A stretch of 64,000 nt of DNA from Raillietiella orientalis (taxonomy: Eukaryota), in contig JAYWIR010000001.1 of assembly GCA_036172245.1 (NCBI GenBank), forward strand, positions 7,936,001-8,000,000, read 5' to 3'. Of the stretch, positions 38,401 to 52,625 are shown one piece after another. The stretch's first letter is position 1, and each line of letters begins with the position of its first letter. A program made the position numbers and the translations under genes. Below the pieces are notes generated by a model. The model was given only the letters and a program-made list of their open reading frames with translations. It made no database searches and had not been told where the DNA came from.

Positions 38401-39932
38401 CATAACCAGACCTTTCCTCAAAAGAAACACAGCGGACGAGACTCCATACACATTGTACCACTCCGAGGAAAGCCTTTCTCTTGCAGGTGACAACAGAGGA
38501 AACAAACGCAGGTGTTCTTACAAGTGATGAAGTTGGTCCAGCAACCACATCTTTTTATAGTGTGAAGTCTTAATGGAGGAGGTTCCAGGAGGCCAAGAGA
38601 CCCTCCCTTCGCACGTGTCTTCACATTTGACTTTTACCTACAGTTGCAAAGATGTGACGCACGTCTCTGCGCGTTCTGCAATGTGGAAGATGACCTTCTG
38701 ATAAATCGAGTGCCAATACTCATCGCGGACTGTATCCACCTCAAAAACGCTTTGCTCAGCGTATTTTCGCTGAAATCACTCGCAAGAGGGTGGCGGCACT
38801 CTTATTAGGCTGGAACCTACCAAAAGAAGCCCACACACTCCTTGACCCACGGACAACACTACGAAGATCGATGCTCTTTTCAGAGAGCTATGACGTATGC
38901 AACGTACGTGATGAGGCACTGCTGTCGAAGCCAACGGTTTTGACTAGCCAGACGCTAGGGGGCGTCAACTATAGAATACTTTTATTAGTATGACGCGTTT
39001 ATTGAGAGATGGACCACAAAGACTCATCTTTCCTGCGATGATGACGGCGAGAACTGTCAATGTAAAAATCTTAATGAATGGAAACGAATCGAAATGTGGT
39101 CATTGGGAAGCATCAACTGTCATAACTGTCATTCTCATAACGATCTTCGAGCGCGCATTTTAAGAGCATCTTCCATGCAGTTTCGAAGGTGCGTCGTCTG
39201 TGGCAATCAATGGCTGCAGCTGCAGTTCTGCATCAATGTTTGCACGTTTTGTCGGTGTTTCATGTTTTGACATTTCCAAACTACTTCACTGCATCTGCAA
39301 TAAGAGCACTTTCTACTTGGAGGGCTGCCCCAATCACAGGTCTCCCTGTGTTCATCCTATAGATTTACGCATGTTTCAATAACGCGTTATCCTCTTAAGA
39401 AAGGAGGCAATCGATGGAAAAACTGCAGCGCATGCTATGAACAGGCAAAACACGTGTCGACTGGTAACACTATTCCGCGGAAAAGTCGCTGCGACCAGAC
39501 GACGATAGTCAGTCCGGAATCAGCTCTGCTGTGCAATCTTGTGAAATGATCAGGCAAGTTAAAACTATCAAGAAACCTTGCCGCCACTGAACCAAAGTTG
39601 GCCGTATTTTACAAGATGATCCAAGAAAGGGCACTTTGTGATGACCATGGCGAATCAGCGGCATACCATAGAGGTGATAGTTCATGTCTTCACGCGACTC
39701 CCGAACAGATGCAACGTCATCCAAACAGTTACTTATTAGGTCTTTATATTCTCTTCAATTACCAAAGGTCTGCAGTGTGCTGCGCAAAACAAAACAGCAA
39801 AGATTCCTCATGTTTTGCTGAATCTGCGCAAATTGATCAATGAGGAAACCCTCCATATGAGCAGATATCTGAGCGGACATCAAATCAGTTCCAGAGACAC
39901 TCTTTGTACTTGAGAGAAAACTTGTAAGATGT

Positions 39933-41548
39933 CTAGTCTATGCAGGAGCGTATCGTCCGCGCCCTACCTCCTTTCACATCAATCATTGGTGTGACCTTGG
40001 TAATCTTAGTAGCCTTGGAAGTTTTACCTACCGTGCTCTGCTCGCTGTTTTCTTCTTCTATTTGGTGTTTCAGGGTGAGCATGTATGCATTTCTGCATTC
40101 CATCACGGCAAAGCGCTTCTCTGTTCCTGTGGAAGAAACAGTGCAGTAGTTGTCTCAAAGAACCTGCAGTTGAGCTCAAAGAGCACATGGAAAGACGCAC
40201 CTGGATCGACCATCTGCACGCCGCGCTTGAACGCTTCGAACGCACTGCAAGCAGCCGAAAGCTCGTCTAAGTCGAGCGGGCGGCACGCAAGAAGGTCGCT
40301 GTACAAACGCCATAGGTGAACGTACACCTTCAATGTGAGGAAATAGTTCGGATGTGCAAAGGCGCTAGCACACCTTATGTAATTCTGGGATTCGGCGATC
40401 TTCTTTTCGAAGAGCTCCATGCGGTCGTCAAGGGACTCGCAGCGAGAAATGACCGCGAAGTAGTCAGTTTCGGTTTCTAGTCTCACAAATTTCACCATCA
40501 AATCCGCCTCCACGCCTTCCAGATATTTTTGTGGGCAAAGCGCCTTGCATTCTTCGCATTTCCACAAACACGTCACTGTCCAAACGTTTTTAGGAATAAG
40601 ACACCCCAAGGAGCACCTGGGGCACTTCAGCGAACCGATGTTGGAACCCAGCTCCGTTGGATCATGGCAGCGCTCACAATCACACGGGTACCACCTAGAA
40701 AGCTTAAGTTTTTCTTGACGATGCCTGGTTGGCATCAGAGGGTCAACATAGCAGATGGTCAGCTGGTCATTCTTCTCAATATCAGTGACACAACGGAAGG
40801 CGACTTTGTGATCATCCAGTACAGTGGCCATGCAATTCGGATAGCAGCTGTGCTTGAAAAGCGCCCCGCGATACATCACAAATCTGAGACCAAATTTCCC
40901 ATCGAACTCAAATGAAGCTGGCAAAGAATTCGTCTGCAGGATGTTCCAAACGATTCGCAGGGTATTTTCGTTGATCTCCTGTGCTGAGACTATTCTGTGC
41001 AGCGTCCTCACGTGCTGAGTCCAAGAGGAAGGAGTTGCTACTCTGACATTACTTGTGATCTGCATACTCAGCAGCTGCTTCCACATTTCTTGATTTTGCA
41101 ATTTCAGTGCTATAGTGTACAGCAGAGACAACATCACGTGATTGGAAGCAATGTCGAACTCTTTCACAGGTGCCTTCTGAAGGACCTTGCAAATCGGCCG
41201 GTGAAAGTGGCTGTATGAGCAGCTAGCACTGCATATAGGAAGGGAGCAAGTCGCACAGCATTGACTGAACACGTATAGAGAAGAGAAGCATCCAGAACAG
41301 TAAGCTCCAGACGTCTCACTCCATATCATCATGGGCTCTTCAATGAGCAACAAAGTTCCTTCATCTAAGTTGCGAGTAGCAACAAAGTGACGACCACCTG
41401 CAGTGTCTTCCTCCACTTTGTACATGCTGCAGTTCTTCTCATGGGATTCCCAGTCTACCAGCTGATGAGCTATACTGCAGTAGTATATTTCTCTGCAAGA
41501 GTTGCACATCACTAAAGACGTCTCTCCGCACACGTTGCACGGATCCAT
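39933..41548 (-). CDS. SET and MYND domain protein (SmydA/Msta-like), copy 3; exons 41548-40201 and 40126 to donor 40032 or stop 39933
   Basis: Intact MYND, GGRHFVA, KHSCYPNC, QLTICY and CDCERCHDPTELGS. 74-nt GT-AG intron 40200-40127. Exon 2 reads RFAVMECRNAYML. Confidence 0.92.
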
Positions 41549-44500
41549 GGGGAGACGTGAGGCTCAACACACTTTCCCTTTGTGGACCCTGTGGAAAGAG
41601 ATGCAGACATTTTTAAAAGTCGCTGCAGACAACTGGGAGCAATGATCATCCCAAGACATGTGAGCGGAAGAAAAGATACCATCAGCGACGCCTGCTGATT
41701 GAATCATAGCACCGTGCAAGCTGCACGGTCGACACCGCAACTATGATGCACGACGCACCCGTCAATCTTAATCCCTTCGCGAAGATGGGAATCAAAACAA
41801 CTCTCGCAGTTGTGTGCTCACGTCTGTAAGATTGAAATTTTTTCGCCGCGGCACTCTGTTCATTACTGCCGCAATTCCTTGCATGCAATAATGTGGAGAG
41901 GTGGCTGCTCACCACGTCAGCTAAACCGCGATCCTCTTCTGATGGGAAATCCGCAGAGATGTCATGTGACGCAAAAAGGCGTGTTCATCCCTGTAACCTT
42001 AACGCTCTCATTTGAGCTCTTTCACGGTACCCTTTTCAAACCCATTTCATTGCTATCGAAATTTTAAGATTCGAGGGTCAGTGGTCATGCAGATTGCTCT
42101 CGAGAAACCGGGGCTTGATGGCCTTTTCACACATACACCCTTTAAAAGGTACGGTCCTCTTTGCAGCGGACGAGTTTGGAGGTAATAGCAGTGGTTCGTT
42201 CGTGGCCTAAAGGATCCTATGGCAGCTTATCCGCACAACCGTTTTCTAGCAAAGCCGAGCGAGCACGACAATAACCACCGGCTGTACACACGCGTCTCCG
42301 GAGCAGGCTGCAGCTGCTTGCATACCACACCAAATGCTGCTGAAGACATTTGTTGTGCCAGTAGAAACGAGGGCCGAAGAGGCACCTCAAAAGCTCGCAG
42401 TGGAAGCGTACACTGACCGGACTTTCCTCAGCTACAGAAGAACTGGGAACAGAACACTCGACGTCTGGCTCTCTGTATGAACGGTCGTTTTGCACAGCAG
42501 CAATGAAGACAAAGGAAATGACACCTCCCTCGTAGTTCGCGACAGCAAATATTAAACGGCGATAGTGGCACGTCGAGACAACAAATATTAGCACTCAAGG
42601 TCAACGGAAAAGACTTCCGTCATGTAAAGCGGAAATGTTCCGTTGTGAGAGCTGAAATAAAACCGCTCTACTGCAGTAGTAGTAATGAATAAATTAATTT
42701 TTGGATGAAGCATGTTGGAAAAGAAAGTCCACTTTCCAGGAACCGTAGAAATTGCGAATGAAAAAGGCAGCATCCAACAGTGCGTAGAAGAGCACCCAAT
42801 GAGAAAAGGAGTTACCCGAGCCAAAAAGTCCTTGATCATCCTTGTTTGAAAGCAGTGCAAATGGACTCCTGGAAGAGGATTCCATGTCCACTGAGAACTC
42901 AAAACGCTAGGGAAACGCAGCAATACTTAAAAAACACTTAAAAACAATCCTTAATGCATCGGGAAGTGTCCCATTGTAAGAACCAAGTCGATTGATTACG
43001 ACATAGGAAACTGACATACACTCCCCAAAATCAAGCGAGCTCACAGAAGAGATGTCAGTTGAGATCGGTGGATCTCCAGTTTGATAAGAGTACATTGGAA
43101 ATGTGTTCTACATTAATCGTACTCACCGTGGCAGAAACCATTCTCCATGCAGATCTTAGTGATGATCACGATGGAGCAGTGTATTGCGTGAATTAGGTTT
43201 TATCTTTGCTTACATGCAACACGGATGAAGGAGCGCAGAATGAAAACACATGAAGAGATGAACTTCCTGATCAGAAACACTGTATCAGTTGTTTCTACCA
43301 TCCGAAATTATAAGTTTATTTTCTGAACAAGGAAACCATCGTGGAAGGAAAGAGGAACATCTCTGACGTTCTCTTATGCTTTTTACCGCAGCACACGCTA
43401 TGACGCCGGCAATTAAGTAGGGCGCAGTAAGATGTGGATGCAGACCTGATGTCGTAGCTACACACCTTGACCATGAGCTGTTCATCGTTCCTGCTGCGTG
43501 TGCTATTCGAAGGTCACTTTACCCACATTTGGCTGTAGCGTAGCCAGCTGACGTCACTACCAGAAGTCGAAAAGTGAGAAAGGTCAACCGAAGTCGTCTG
43601 ACGAATGAGACTATGGTAGAGGTTGCGTGACCATCAGAAGATGAAAGGGAGAACTCTTAATGGAAAAGATCCCAAAGCACGGTTCTGAAAAGTGTCGAAG
43701 TTTCTGATAACTCTGGAAGCCAGAATTCTCATTGTTCCCCACTACACAGCAAAAGAGAACGAAATGGTTTCAAAAACTGCCAGAGTTTACTTCGTAGATA
43801 TAATCTTCCGCACCGCCCTCTCCGGGAGCATCTGTGCAAACAGTTTGCTCCTCATGATCGCCCGCAATCAAAACAGTTTCAAGTTGGCCTTCTATCACAC
43901 AGCTGGCACTGTTGGCAACGAGGCACAAGCAGTATCTTCCATTCTACGAGGCAAATATGCATTTCGCCCAAGCAAGCATCTCAACTAAAGAGCTCATAGG
44001 ATCACAACGCTGAGCATCTTTGCAAGGAGCATAGCGCATTCCTCGTAGAGTTTTCTTACAAGGAAAATTTCGGAAGGTGTTTCTGGCCTCATGAATGAGA
44101 TAGCCTGAGCCTTCGCAGTAGGTGGCATAGCCCCCGGATCGTGATTTGGAAGCAAGAATTGCTGGTAGCCTGCTTGCAGAGTTTTCTGGAATGGCTCGTG
44201 GCGGTACCACTGGCAACAGTAGCGTTAATGGAGCGCTGTTGATCCAAGGATCGAGCCAAACGTCTCCATTTCGGTGATCGGAGAATTTTCTATTAACCAA
44301 ATGTGAGACAAACTCTACTTGAACCAGAGGAATCAGCCAATACAATTCTGTACAAGCAAGTCAGATTCCATTTAAAAATGGCATGCAGAGACTGAGTAGT
44401 GACGCCAAATCCAGCACGATAATGTAGAAAACGTCTGCTCTTCTGCTTGATGGACGCATGGTTGTCAATCTTTAAAAAGTCCATGTTTTCGAGAGCCTCG

Positions 44501-47500
44501 ATGGTTTCAGACGAATTCCTGACTACTTCAGTAGTTTTTGCACGACCACTCCAGCTGCACATTGGGAGAAGAGGAGAAATGCTTGGAAAAGAAGCTGACT
44601 TCTAAATAACCAAACTAACTTCATGCCCACGGCAGCATCTTACAATGTTCAGTGAAACCTTTCGTGAAGAAAGGCACGATGATCACAAGAGAAACAGGAG
44701 TTATACAAAAGAGAAATGTCAACAATCGGCTTTATGTTTAGATACAGCACTAGTTGATGCCTCGGAGTGAATTCTGTGTCCATTGCTGAGGCAAACACGA
44801 AATCTGGAAAAGTTTTTTTCCTTCATGAAGCATGTTTGAAACGCTCAAGAACACCTTGAGGCTTGTCGTTCTAGGAATGATCATGTGACTTGCTGATTGG
44901 TGCCGTGCTAATTGGAAGAACACTGATCTTTCTGTTCTCACGTACTTAGCAGCTCCTTGCAATAATTAAATCCTGGAATGCACAGATTGTCATTGAAACC
45001 CGACATGGAAATGGAACGAACGGAATGTGGGAGGGCAGTGAAATTTCCAGGCTTAGAATCATGTCTTTCCTGCGAGTTATTATAGACAAACTGCGAATTT
45101 GCCCATAATAACTCGCGAAGAGGTGCGGGAATTTCAAGGAAAACCCATAATGGCTCGCATTAAAGCAAAGCCAGTGCCAAGGACTTTCCCTAATATCTCA
45201 TCAGCCAGATCATCATCTCCTGACAAACAAAGAGGAGCTTACTTCTATGACTCCCATGGAACCTGTGCACACAGTTTGACTAGCCTTGCTATGTAATGGT
45301 TATTTTGTTCAGTCGCCTTGCGGAGTACGGCCAGCTTTGGTTGCATGGCATAGTCTTTGACAGCGTCTGACAATTTCAATGATGACGGAACCATATTGAG
45401 AGAGATACGCAGATGACGAAGAACACTGATCCCACAAACACTGTAAAATCGACGTCTGGTCGCGGAAATTTCCATGTAAAAAAACGCAACTTTACGACAT
45501 GCTTTTGGCCACTTCTGTTCCTGCAACCCTCTCTGATCCCTCCAGAAGTTCTATCTATTTTTCTGTTTGTTCTCCTGTCCTCTGGTTCCGGGGATAACCT
45601 TGCTGGTTAGCGTACCGGCTTCTTGGCTGTTTCGCCTGAGATGAACGTGACAGCACCGAGTGTTCTGCTACCTCTTTGCCTTTATTCATGTTGATAAACG
45701 CGCCGACGCATGCAGGTGAAAAGCATTGCACTTTCTGCATCCGATCCCTCGTTTCTTGCATCGGAAATGGTTATAAAAGAATGCACAAACTTCAAAGGTA
45801 TACGTGGCTAGACGGCGACTGATGAAGTCGGCCAAGCAAAAAGTGCTGCTGTTGGGGTGCAGTGGAGAGTCCTTTGGGATGATCGTAAGAAGCTCCGACT
45901 AGACACGTGAGTACTCTTCACTCACGACTGCAGATGCGACCATTGACATCCACTGTACATCTTGCAGATTACATCAAAGGCGCGTTCCACATGCACGCCA
46001 ATAATCTGGATAGCTGCTATCATCAGTATGACCCTTAAATGCTGAGAAGTTCCCGCCATGGCGTTGCGAAGTGTTCTTCGCGAGTGAATGTGATATCTTG
46101 GGTTTCTGGATAAACGGACGTCACCCTTCAAAAAGCACTGTCGGCTTAGTGAGAATAAGAAAGCCAACCAGAAAATAGTCCTTTCCTCTATAGAAGTTTT
46201 CATGCATGCCACGGAGACCTTTTGAAGAAAGTCGTTGATGAAAGTCGGTATCGCGAGTTCTATTCGCCGGGATACCCTTCGACATAGATTAGGTTTGAGG
46301 AATTCTAAGAGCACTTAAGGAGTACCCCAGCACAGCGTTTGCTTCACTTATAAAGATTCAACATGGGAGCTGTAGTAATATTACTGATCCAAGTATGTGC
46401 GTGCAAGCTATTGTGATGATGTGGAGTAAGTAGCACCAGGAAGCATCATTCTATTGCATCGTCGTAGTAATAAAGGTAATTGCAATTACTCGAGAAGGCT
46501 TGTTAATGATTGTCGTAAATTTGGTCAAGCATCTTCCTGGATTGGAAACGCGCAGCGTTCGAGTGCTCGCATTAGATTTAGGGATTTCGATTCCACGAAG
46601 CGTTCTCATACTGTTAGTCGAGGGTTAAAGCTTGCAGGTCTGCCTCGTGACCGCGGTTATTATGTTGGTTGCTTTGTCTTATGATATGGATTCCAATAAC
46701 TATACGCTGAGTGCGTTACATGGACTATGTAATTTGCCTGGAATGGCGAGTATGTTTGAGTATGTAAAGTTGTATGGAGTAAGGATAACTTTGGGGCCTT
46801 AAACGGAAACTTTTTCTGATCACAATGAGTCGAATGTATTAAATTTCGAAATCCTGTCAATCTCTCTGGGTTCATACCTTTTTGTGTTGAATGTGTTGTT
46901 CCCGCTACTTTGTAGATCGAAGTTCATGTGCTGTCAAGCGAAGCGAATCTTTGCTGTGCAGAAATCGCTGAGAACTACAGATCACGCATTGGTGTGAACG
47001 TATCTTTCACGTCCCTGATGCCATGGCCAGCGATGTAACTTACGTGGTATGTATTCCTCTGCAATGAAAATCGATGGAATATGACATACCGATTCAGAGC
47101 GAAGAGCGGTTCCTTGCACTGTCACTGGACAGAGAATGGCTGCCACTGTCTTCTTCTGTCAAATAAAAGTTGTGTTTCGACTCGAGCGTTTGTTCGCTCT
47201 TTTATTGATCTCTTTTCCGAATGAACCAGCATGTCACGGTGGATACAAGAAATGGTCTCTTGAAGCATTCGCCCTTCACACTGCATATCCTACTATTTGA
47301 AGGTTTGCTTCTTGCTGAATCTTAAATTTCAAAACTGAGACAAACACTGTCCAGTGTTTAGTTACTAATGGCGTGTCCGTGACTTCAGAAAAAAAAGCCT
47401 TGGTCATCTACGGCACTTCCGTCTGTATGCGGAAGAAATGTTTTTGGTACGACTTTTCAGACACCGAGTTGCATCTTATGGCAGCAGGGCTTGCATTGAT

Positions 47501-47690
47501 GCTCATTCAGTAGTCTGATACAGCACACATCTATCTTAAACACATCAAAAGAAACAGAGCAATGTGTTTCATTTTCTGATCTTCTTTAATTTTGATATTA
47601 TTGCAAAACTTATTGCAAGAGCTCTTTTGACTCGGATTTGTAGCAGGTAGTCTCATCTGCTGTATTGTAGTACAATTCGCGGAAGGTGAA

Positions 47691-47735
47691 ACACTTTTGT
47701 ATTTAGCACAATAATTGTGCTAAATACAAAAGTGT
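47691..47735. repeat. Perfect inverted repeat with 22-bp arms and a 1-nt spacer
   Basis: acacttttgtatttagcacaat-a-attgtgctaaatacaaaagtgt; aatacaaaagtgtct is repeated again at about 47750-47764. Confidence 0.95.
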
Positions 47736-49489
47736 CTGATTGTGTGTCTAATACAAAAGTGTCTAATTATCGTCTGTTCTTGAATTACTTCTTATAGAGA
47801 TTTTTCATAGATTATCCACGACCTTTCCGAAAGATTTTTTTCTTCTGGGATTTGAAAGTTGGCTCGAATGCATTTTGTGTCTTCATGTGATAAAGCGGAT
47901 GGCATTAGATAACAAATGTGATTTGTTGTTGCTTTATCATGAGTCCTTTTGCCACACGCCATACTTTTCTAAAATGAATCTAATGAACCTGTGCTATTAG
48001 CACATCAGAATTCATGATGCACGTTAATCCACAAATGTATCTGTAGTCCAGGTTGTTTTCCACAATGACTTAAATTTTGTCTTTGATTTTCGCAGAAGAG
48101 AAATGGAATTTTCTCCTCATTCGTGTTCATCTAAGATCATTATCTTCAAAACTAACAGCTGAACATTGGTCCTTTTGCTGTATCCATTTGAAGTTTCTCA
48201 TAGTAAAAAAAATACATGAAGAATGGAAGAAATGCATAGGTTGGTGGCTGTTGCTCGAAGCATGGCGATGAGCACCTGCTTTCCCGAGCGGCAAAAAGAG
48301 TTTTCTTTGCGCTTTCCGATCACCTCGGGTTGAGTTTCTCTGGCTCAGCCAAAGGCCCCTCAACAAATCTGCATGAAGCGGAGGGCTGTCGCAGCCATCC
48401 GGAGGCGTTCAACCTGGTCGCTTCTGCTGCTACCTTGGATGCGGCGGGACCGCCTCGTATGAGTTCTCGGGGTCGCCGGAGGAGGAAGCGTCGTCCGCGT
48501 CTGCGTCGTCCATCCCAGGCGCTACGAAGGCGCGGCAGTCACTCAATGTACACTCTGTCGTCGCTGCTGCTGTTGCTGCTGCTGACGACAAGGACGGCGG
48601 CCTCGTGAAAGCCGAGTCCCTCGTGGAGCGCTCGCTGCCACCGGCGACGCATAGCCTTCGCCAGTACCTCGGCAGCTTTCTCATCCGCGAGCTCACAGAC
48701 TCGTATAATCTGAAAAGGTCGCTCCAGGAGTTCTGTTGCCGGTTCCCTTTGCACTGACTTCCGGGAGGTTTCAGGGAAGACTAGGCCAACAGGAGAGCGC
48801 TTCTGCAGGTCAGAACTTCCTCCTGACCCGTGGACTTCCGGAGTCTTGTGGAGTACAAGGCAAGGGCCGAGCGCCAGGTCTGGCATTCTGAAACAGCTTC
48901 CCTGTTCAACAGCCAGCGCCAGGAATGTTTGACTCGAGCCAACGTACGGTGCACAAAAATTTATCGCTTCTCTCTCTAAGAGGAGGCACCCACAGAAAGC
49001 AGTCTCGTGCAGCTGCTCCTGCCGAAGGGTGGTCATGCGATCGGCGAGAAGGAACACGCACATCTCGACAGTCCCTATACGATGGAAGAAGCCACCGCAA
49101 GACTTAACAGAAGAAAGGTACCAGACACGGAAGGATTCACTTCTCGAGTTTCCCAGTGCTCCGCAGTGGATTACGCTCCATAGAGTTGAGCCTTTCGATG
49201 GTGATGAGGTTTTTCTCCGGTGAGGCCGAAATGTTGATTTAGAAAGAAGAAACTACAAGACATACAGAACAGTGTTCTCTAAATACATACACTGTCCAAA
49301 AGAAAAACAAGTTCAACAAGCAGCCAGTGTACAGAACTGAGCTATTAGGCAAAGTAGCTAAATGTATGATTAGCCCGGAGCAAACGTAAGCTGTTCTCGG
49401 GCGAAGCATGGAATCCAACCTACTGTTTGTCAGCACACGATTTTAGTTCCAACAGGAAGAAGACACGATCAGCAGCCCTGACCCCGGGT

Positions 49490-49960
49490 CGTCCGTTAGA
49501 CTGAGGCGGGTGGATAGGGCAGGAATGGGACCCCTTGCTGTCGAAGTCGACTTGCGCAAGGCATTCAGTTGCATCGATCACGAACTCCAACTGAAGCTTC
49601 TGGAGCGCTTCGGTTTCCCGGCCTCGTCAACGGCTTATCTGTTCTCTTGCTGGCTCAAAACGCTGATCAACGTCTCTTTCAGCGGAGAACTTGCCAGAAT
49701 CCTGCAGAGGATGCAGTGGACGGCCGTCAGTGGGCAGTGACCTATTCGTGATCCCCAGAGCTTATTAATGTATGTGTATTTTTATTCATTTTTTTTGTTT
49801 TCCTCTTTCCCATTTCCTCTGCTGTCGAATCAACCCTTTCCGGTCTGCCCAGCGGACGCTTGACAGGCTGTGCAAAACAGAGAAATTACTAGGTCTAATG
49901 AGCCTATGATATTGGGACATTTATTCATCTAAGTAAACTCCCCGGAAATCCCGGGTGAAG
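49490..49960 (+). mobile_element. Fragment E: internally deleted LINE remnant (RT motif fused to 3' UTR)
   Basis: VDLRKAFSCIDHELQLKLLERFGFP (49510-49740). UTR gtgtattt...ctctgctgtcg resembles that of fragment D. Terminal agtaaactccccggaaatcccgggtg resembles that of insert A. Confidence 0.75.
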
Positions 49961-50129
49961 AACAGCAGCTTTCGCTACAGGGTTGGCCGACACTCGAATC
50001 CGTTTCCGAGAAAGCCTTCAGCGAAAGAAATGGGGGCAGCTTCAAGATGAAAAACTAGACAAAGGCAGCGTAAAAACAAAAGCTAAAGGTATCCGCTGCT
50101 CCTTTCTCCCCCAAAGCGGTGAAAAATGC

Positions 50130-50420
50130 CCTCAATCTGCATGCACAACTGCTTTTTGACCATGCAATCTTGGCCATCTCACAGGCTTCCTTACGTAGAC
50201 ACCTGCCTTGTCAGTGACGTCCCTTCGCCGCTCCGGAGCCTCTGCGAATGGCGGACAGTGACAGTGGCGCGCAAGCAATAACTCGAGGCAATCACATTCC
50301 TGATCAGAGTCCCTTGCTTCAGAAAAGTTGCTACAGCTAGTCTTTGACGGTATATTAGAGTCGATCAGCTGGTGTGCAAACGACCCTTCCCTCCCGCACC
50401 ACAGACAGCTCAATGATGCA
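50130..50420 (-). mobile_element. Degenerate LINE C-terminal zinc knuckle fragment
   Basis: CLWCGREGSFAHQLIDS resembles CAECGERETFPHLILEC of insert C. Confidence 0.5.
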
Positions 50421-50599
50421 AATCCAGTTGAAACAATCTGTGGATGCAGTTTACACTGGTAACCTCTAGAGCAGAAAGAGTACCACTTGGTGCTTACGTT
50501 GTGAGGAGAACACTGAAGTGTCCAAAAACAGGTGAGAGACCAAAGTCTCTTTGGAGTGTGCTCTTGATAGTTCCTGTCACCGGAGGAGTTTTTTGGCTC

Positions 50600-52095
50600 G
50601 AATGCGTGGAATAGTCATCTAATCATCCAGGACTTTTTCAAAGGTGCAAAACTCCGAGTTCATCGCTTGCTCATTGCTATTGCTTGCACTCAGGGCAGAA
50701 AGCGCTAAGTACCTCAGGGCAGACAACGCCGCAGCAAAAGATGTGACAGTTCAGCAAATATCTTCCGTGGGAATGCTAATGAAGAATTACCAAGGAAAAA
50801 GTTCCACTGAGCGCATTTCAACGGTTGGAACCCAAATACTGACCGCCTCTTGCCGCCACACATTTCAGCTCATTTTTGGGCAGGAGATCCTACGGAAATG
50901 TTCCTAGTGATTGCAGTCACCCCAATGGAAAGCCGAATGCGCACATCCTGTTTCATGATTGCATACATGATAAAAAACGATCTTCACTGTAGTCGCAGTG
51001 CTTGATGATGAGACTTGCAGGAGCACACCAGGAAAAACTCAGCAGATTGGCAGAGTGCCACTCTCTGAAAGTGCAGCTGTGGATGGAAATCTTGCAGCCA
51101 GGATCAGGACTCTTTCAGGACACAAGTCTGCACACGCATGACTACTTTTGTTCAAACTGCAGCCTCCACAGTTCCGAAACCAATCTAGAGTCCCTGAAGG
51201 GAACGTGACCACAAGTCAGTGATCCAGCCACCGCAGAACTCCATTCATTGGAATTCAGAGCCTCATTGCCGCCTAAGAAGCGGCGGTCCGATTGCTCGAC
51301 TTCTCAACAGCCGAACAGTTTCAGCGCCAGAAGACATAGTTTCTCCGTGATACATTTGAACAGCTTCATGCAAGAATCATCTTCTCGAGTGTTCCTCCGT
51401 CCATCAAGCCGCTGATCGCTTGCCGGAGTTTCTCCTTTCTTGTTGACACAGTTCATTCCTCTTTCCCCACGACATGCGCTTTCTCCATCAGCGATCGCTG
51501 AACGTGCTTGTCAACATATAGATCGCGCAGATGCAACTCGGAATTGCATTGCTTCACCAGACGTTCCAGGAAAGACCACTAGTGTGCAGGACCACCTGTT
51601 GGCAGCATTTCTTTGTCATCTGCAAAACCAACGGCGCCTACCGGCAGAATTGGATGCTCTGTCCTATTCCAGCATTTCGGCAGGCTGTGCGCGTTCTCAT
51701 GGCTCACGAGTGTACGTCCCTTAAGGAACGCTCGACTGTTCCCAATGACTGACCCCTATCCAACTAACAGCTGCTGAGACGGGAACGCGGGACAGGACTC
51801 CGGAAAGAGAGACTGCTTTACACGCAGGCTGTAGTAGCTGCGGTGGATGGAGTGGTCATCTCTTTCCTTCTTTCTCTCTTTTGTTAATTTTTCCACTGAT
51901 CACTCCTCCCTAACGTCTTGAGGCTACCGAGCTGCCAACCCATTTGTCGACCGTTCATCGCTTCCTCGGCAATTTGTGGTAATTCTGAAGTGTCGCTTGA
52001 ATTTGTATTTTCGATTTTCTTTTCAAAAGATGAATGCCACAGAGTTGCTGAGTTCATCTACGCCCAGGAAAATCCCCCAAAATCTCAAAATGAAG
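50600..52095 (+). mobile_element. Fragment F: highly decayed 5'-truncated LINE
   Basis: KYLR...STERISTVGTQIL (RT KYLG and thumb-like) at 50644-50907, WQHFFVIC knuckle remnant near 51600, pyrimidine-rich UTR at ~51860-51895, and terminal tcccccaaaatctcaaaatgaaga resembling the end of E. Confidence 0.5.
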
Positions 52096-52099
52096 ATAT

Positions 52100-52625
52100 A
52101 TTTTCGCTTTATACACTGATGTATGTGCTTATAAATGATGTAGACAAATGCATAGAGTAGCACACACTTTAAAAATCATGAAAAATAATTCTATACGCCT
52201 ATTATATATATTGCTATGTTTATTTACACATATGTTCAATATACAAGATAAAATTCACATAACAATTGATAAAATTGTTTCATGCAAGCATTATTACTAC
52301 AGGTATTAAACTTCAAAAACAATATTTATGTGTGCATTAGATATATGTTGATACATATTTATACATGTAATAAGTAGCAATCGAAAAGATACCTAAATAT
52401 CAAGTATACATATATGTTTAAAGAAGGATCTATATCTCGAAAATGGAATTTGTCCTCTGCTGAGAAAGTGTCATTTTTTAAGTTTTGGAAATGACAGGAA
52501 AATGAAATAACTAAGTTCTTTTTTTTTTTCAATTTGATTGCTTTTATGACATTAATTTCTTCATTTCCTAGTATTCATTCAATATATGCGCATTGTATAC
52601 ATAAGCACATATATTAATACACATC
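52100..52625. repeat. AT-rich island with subterminal inverted repeat (possible MITE relic)
   Basis: Very AT-rich; tatgtgcttat (52122-52132) is the reverse complement of ataagcacata (52601-52611). Confidence 0.45.

Noticed and set aside
51957-51996. Degenerate resemblance to the U2 5' end (atcgcttcctcggc...aagtgt)
   Set aside because: Needs several gaps and mismatches and lies inside the putative 3' UTR stem of LINE fragment F; likely chance.
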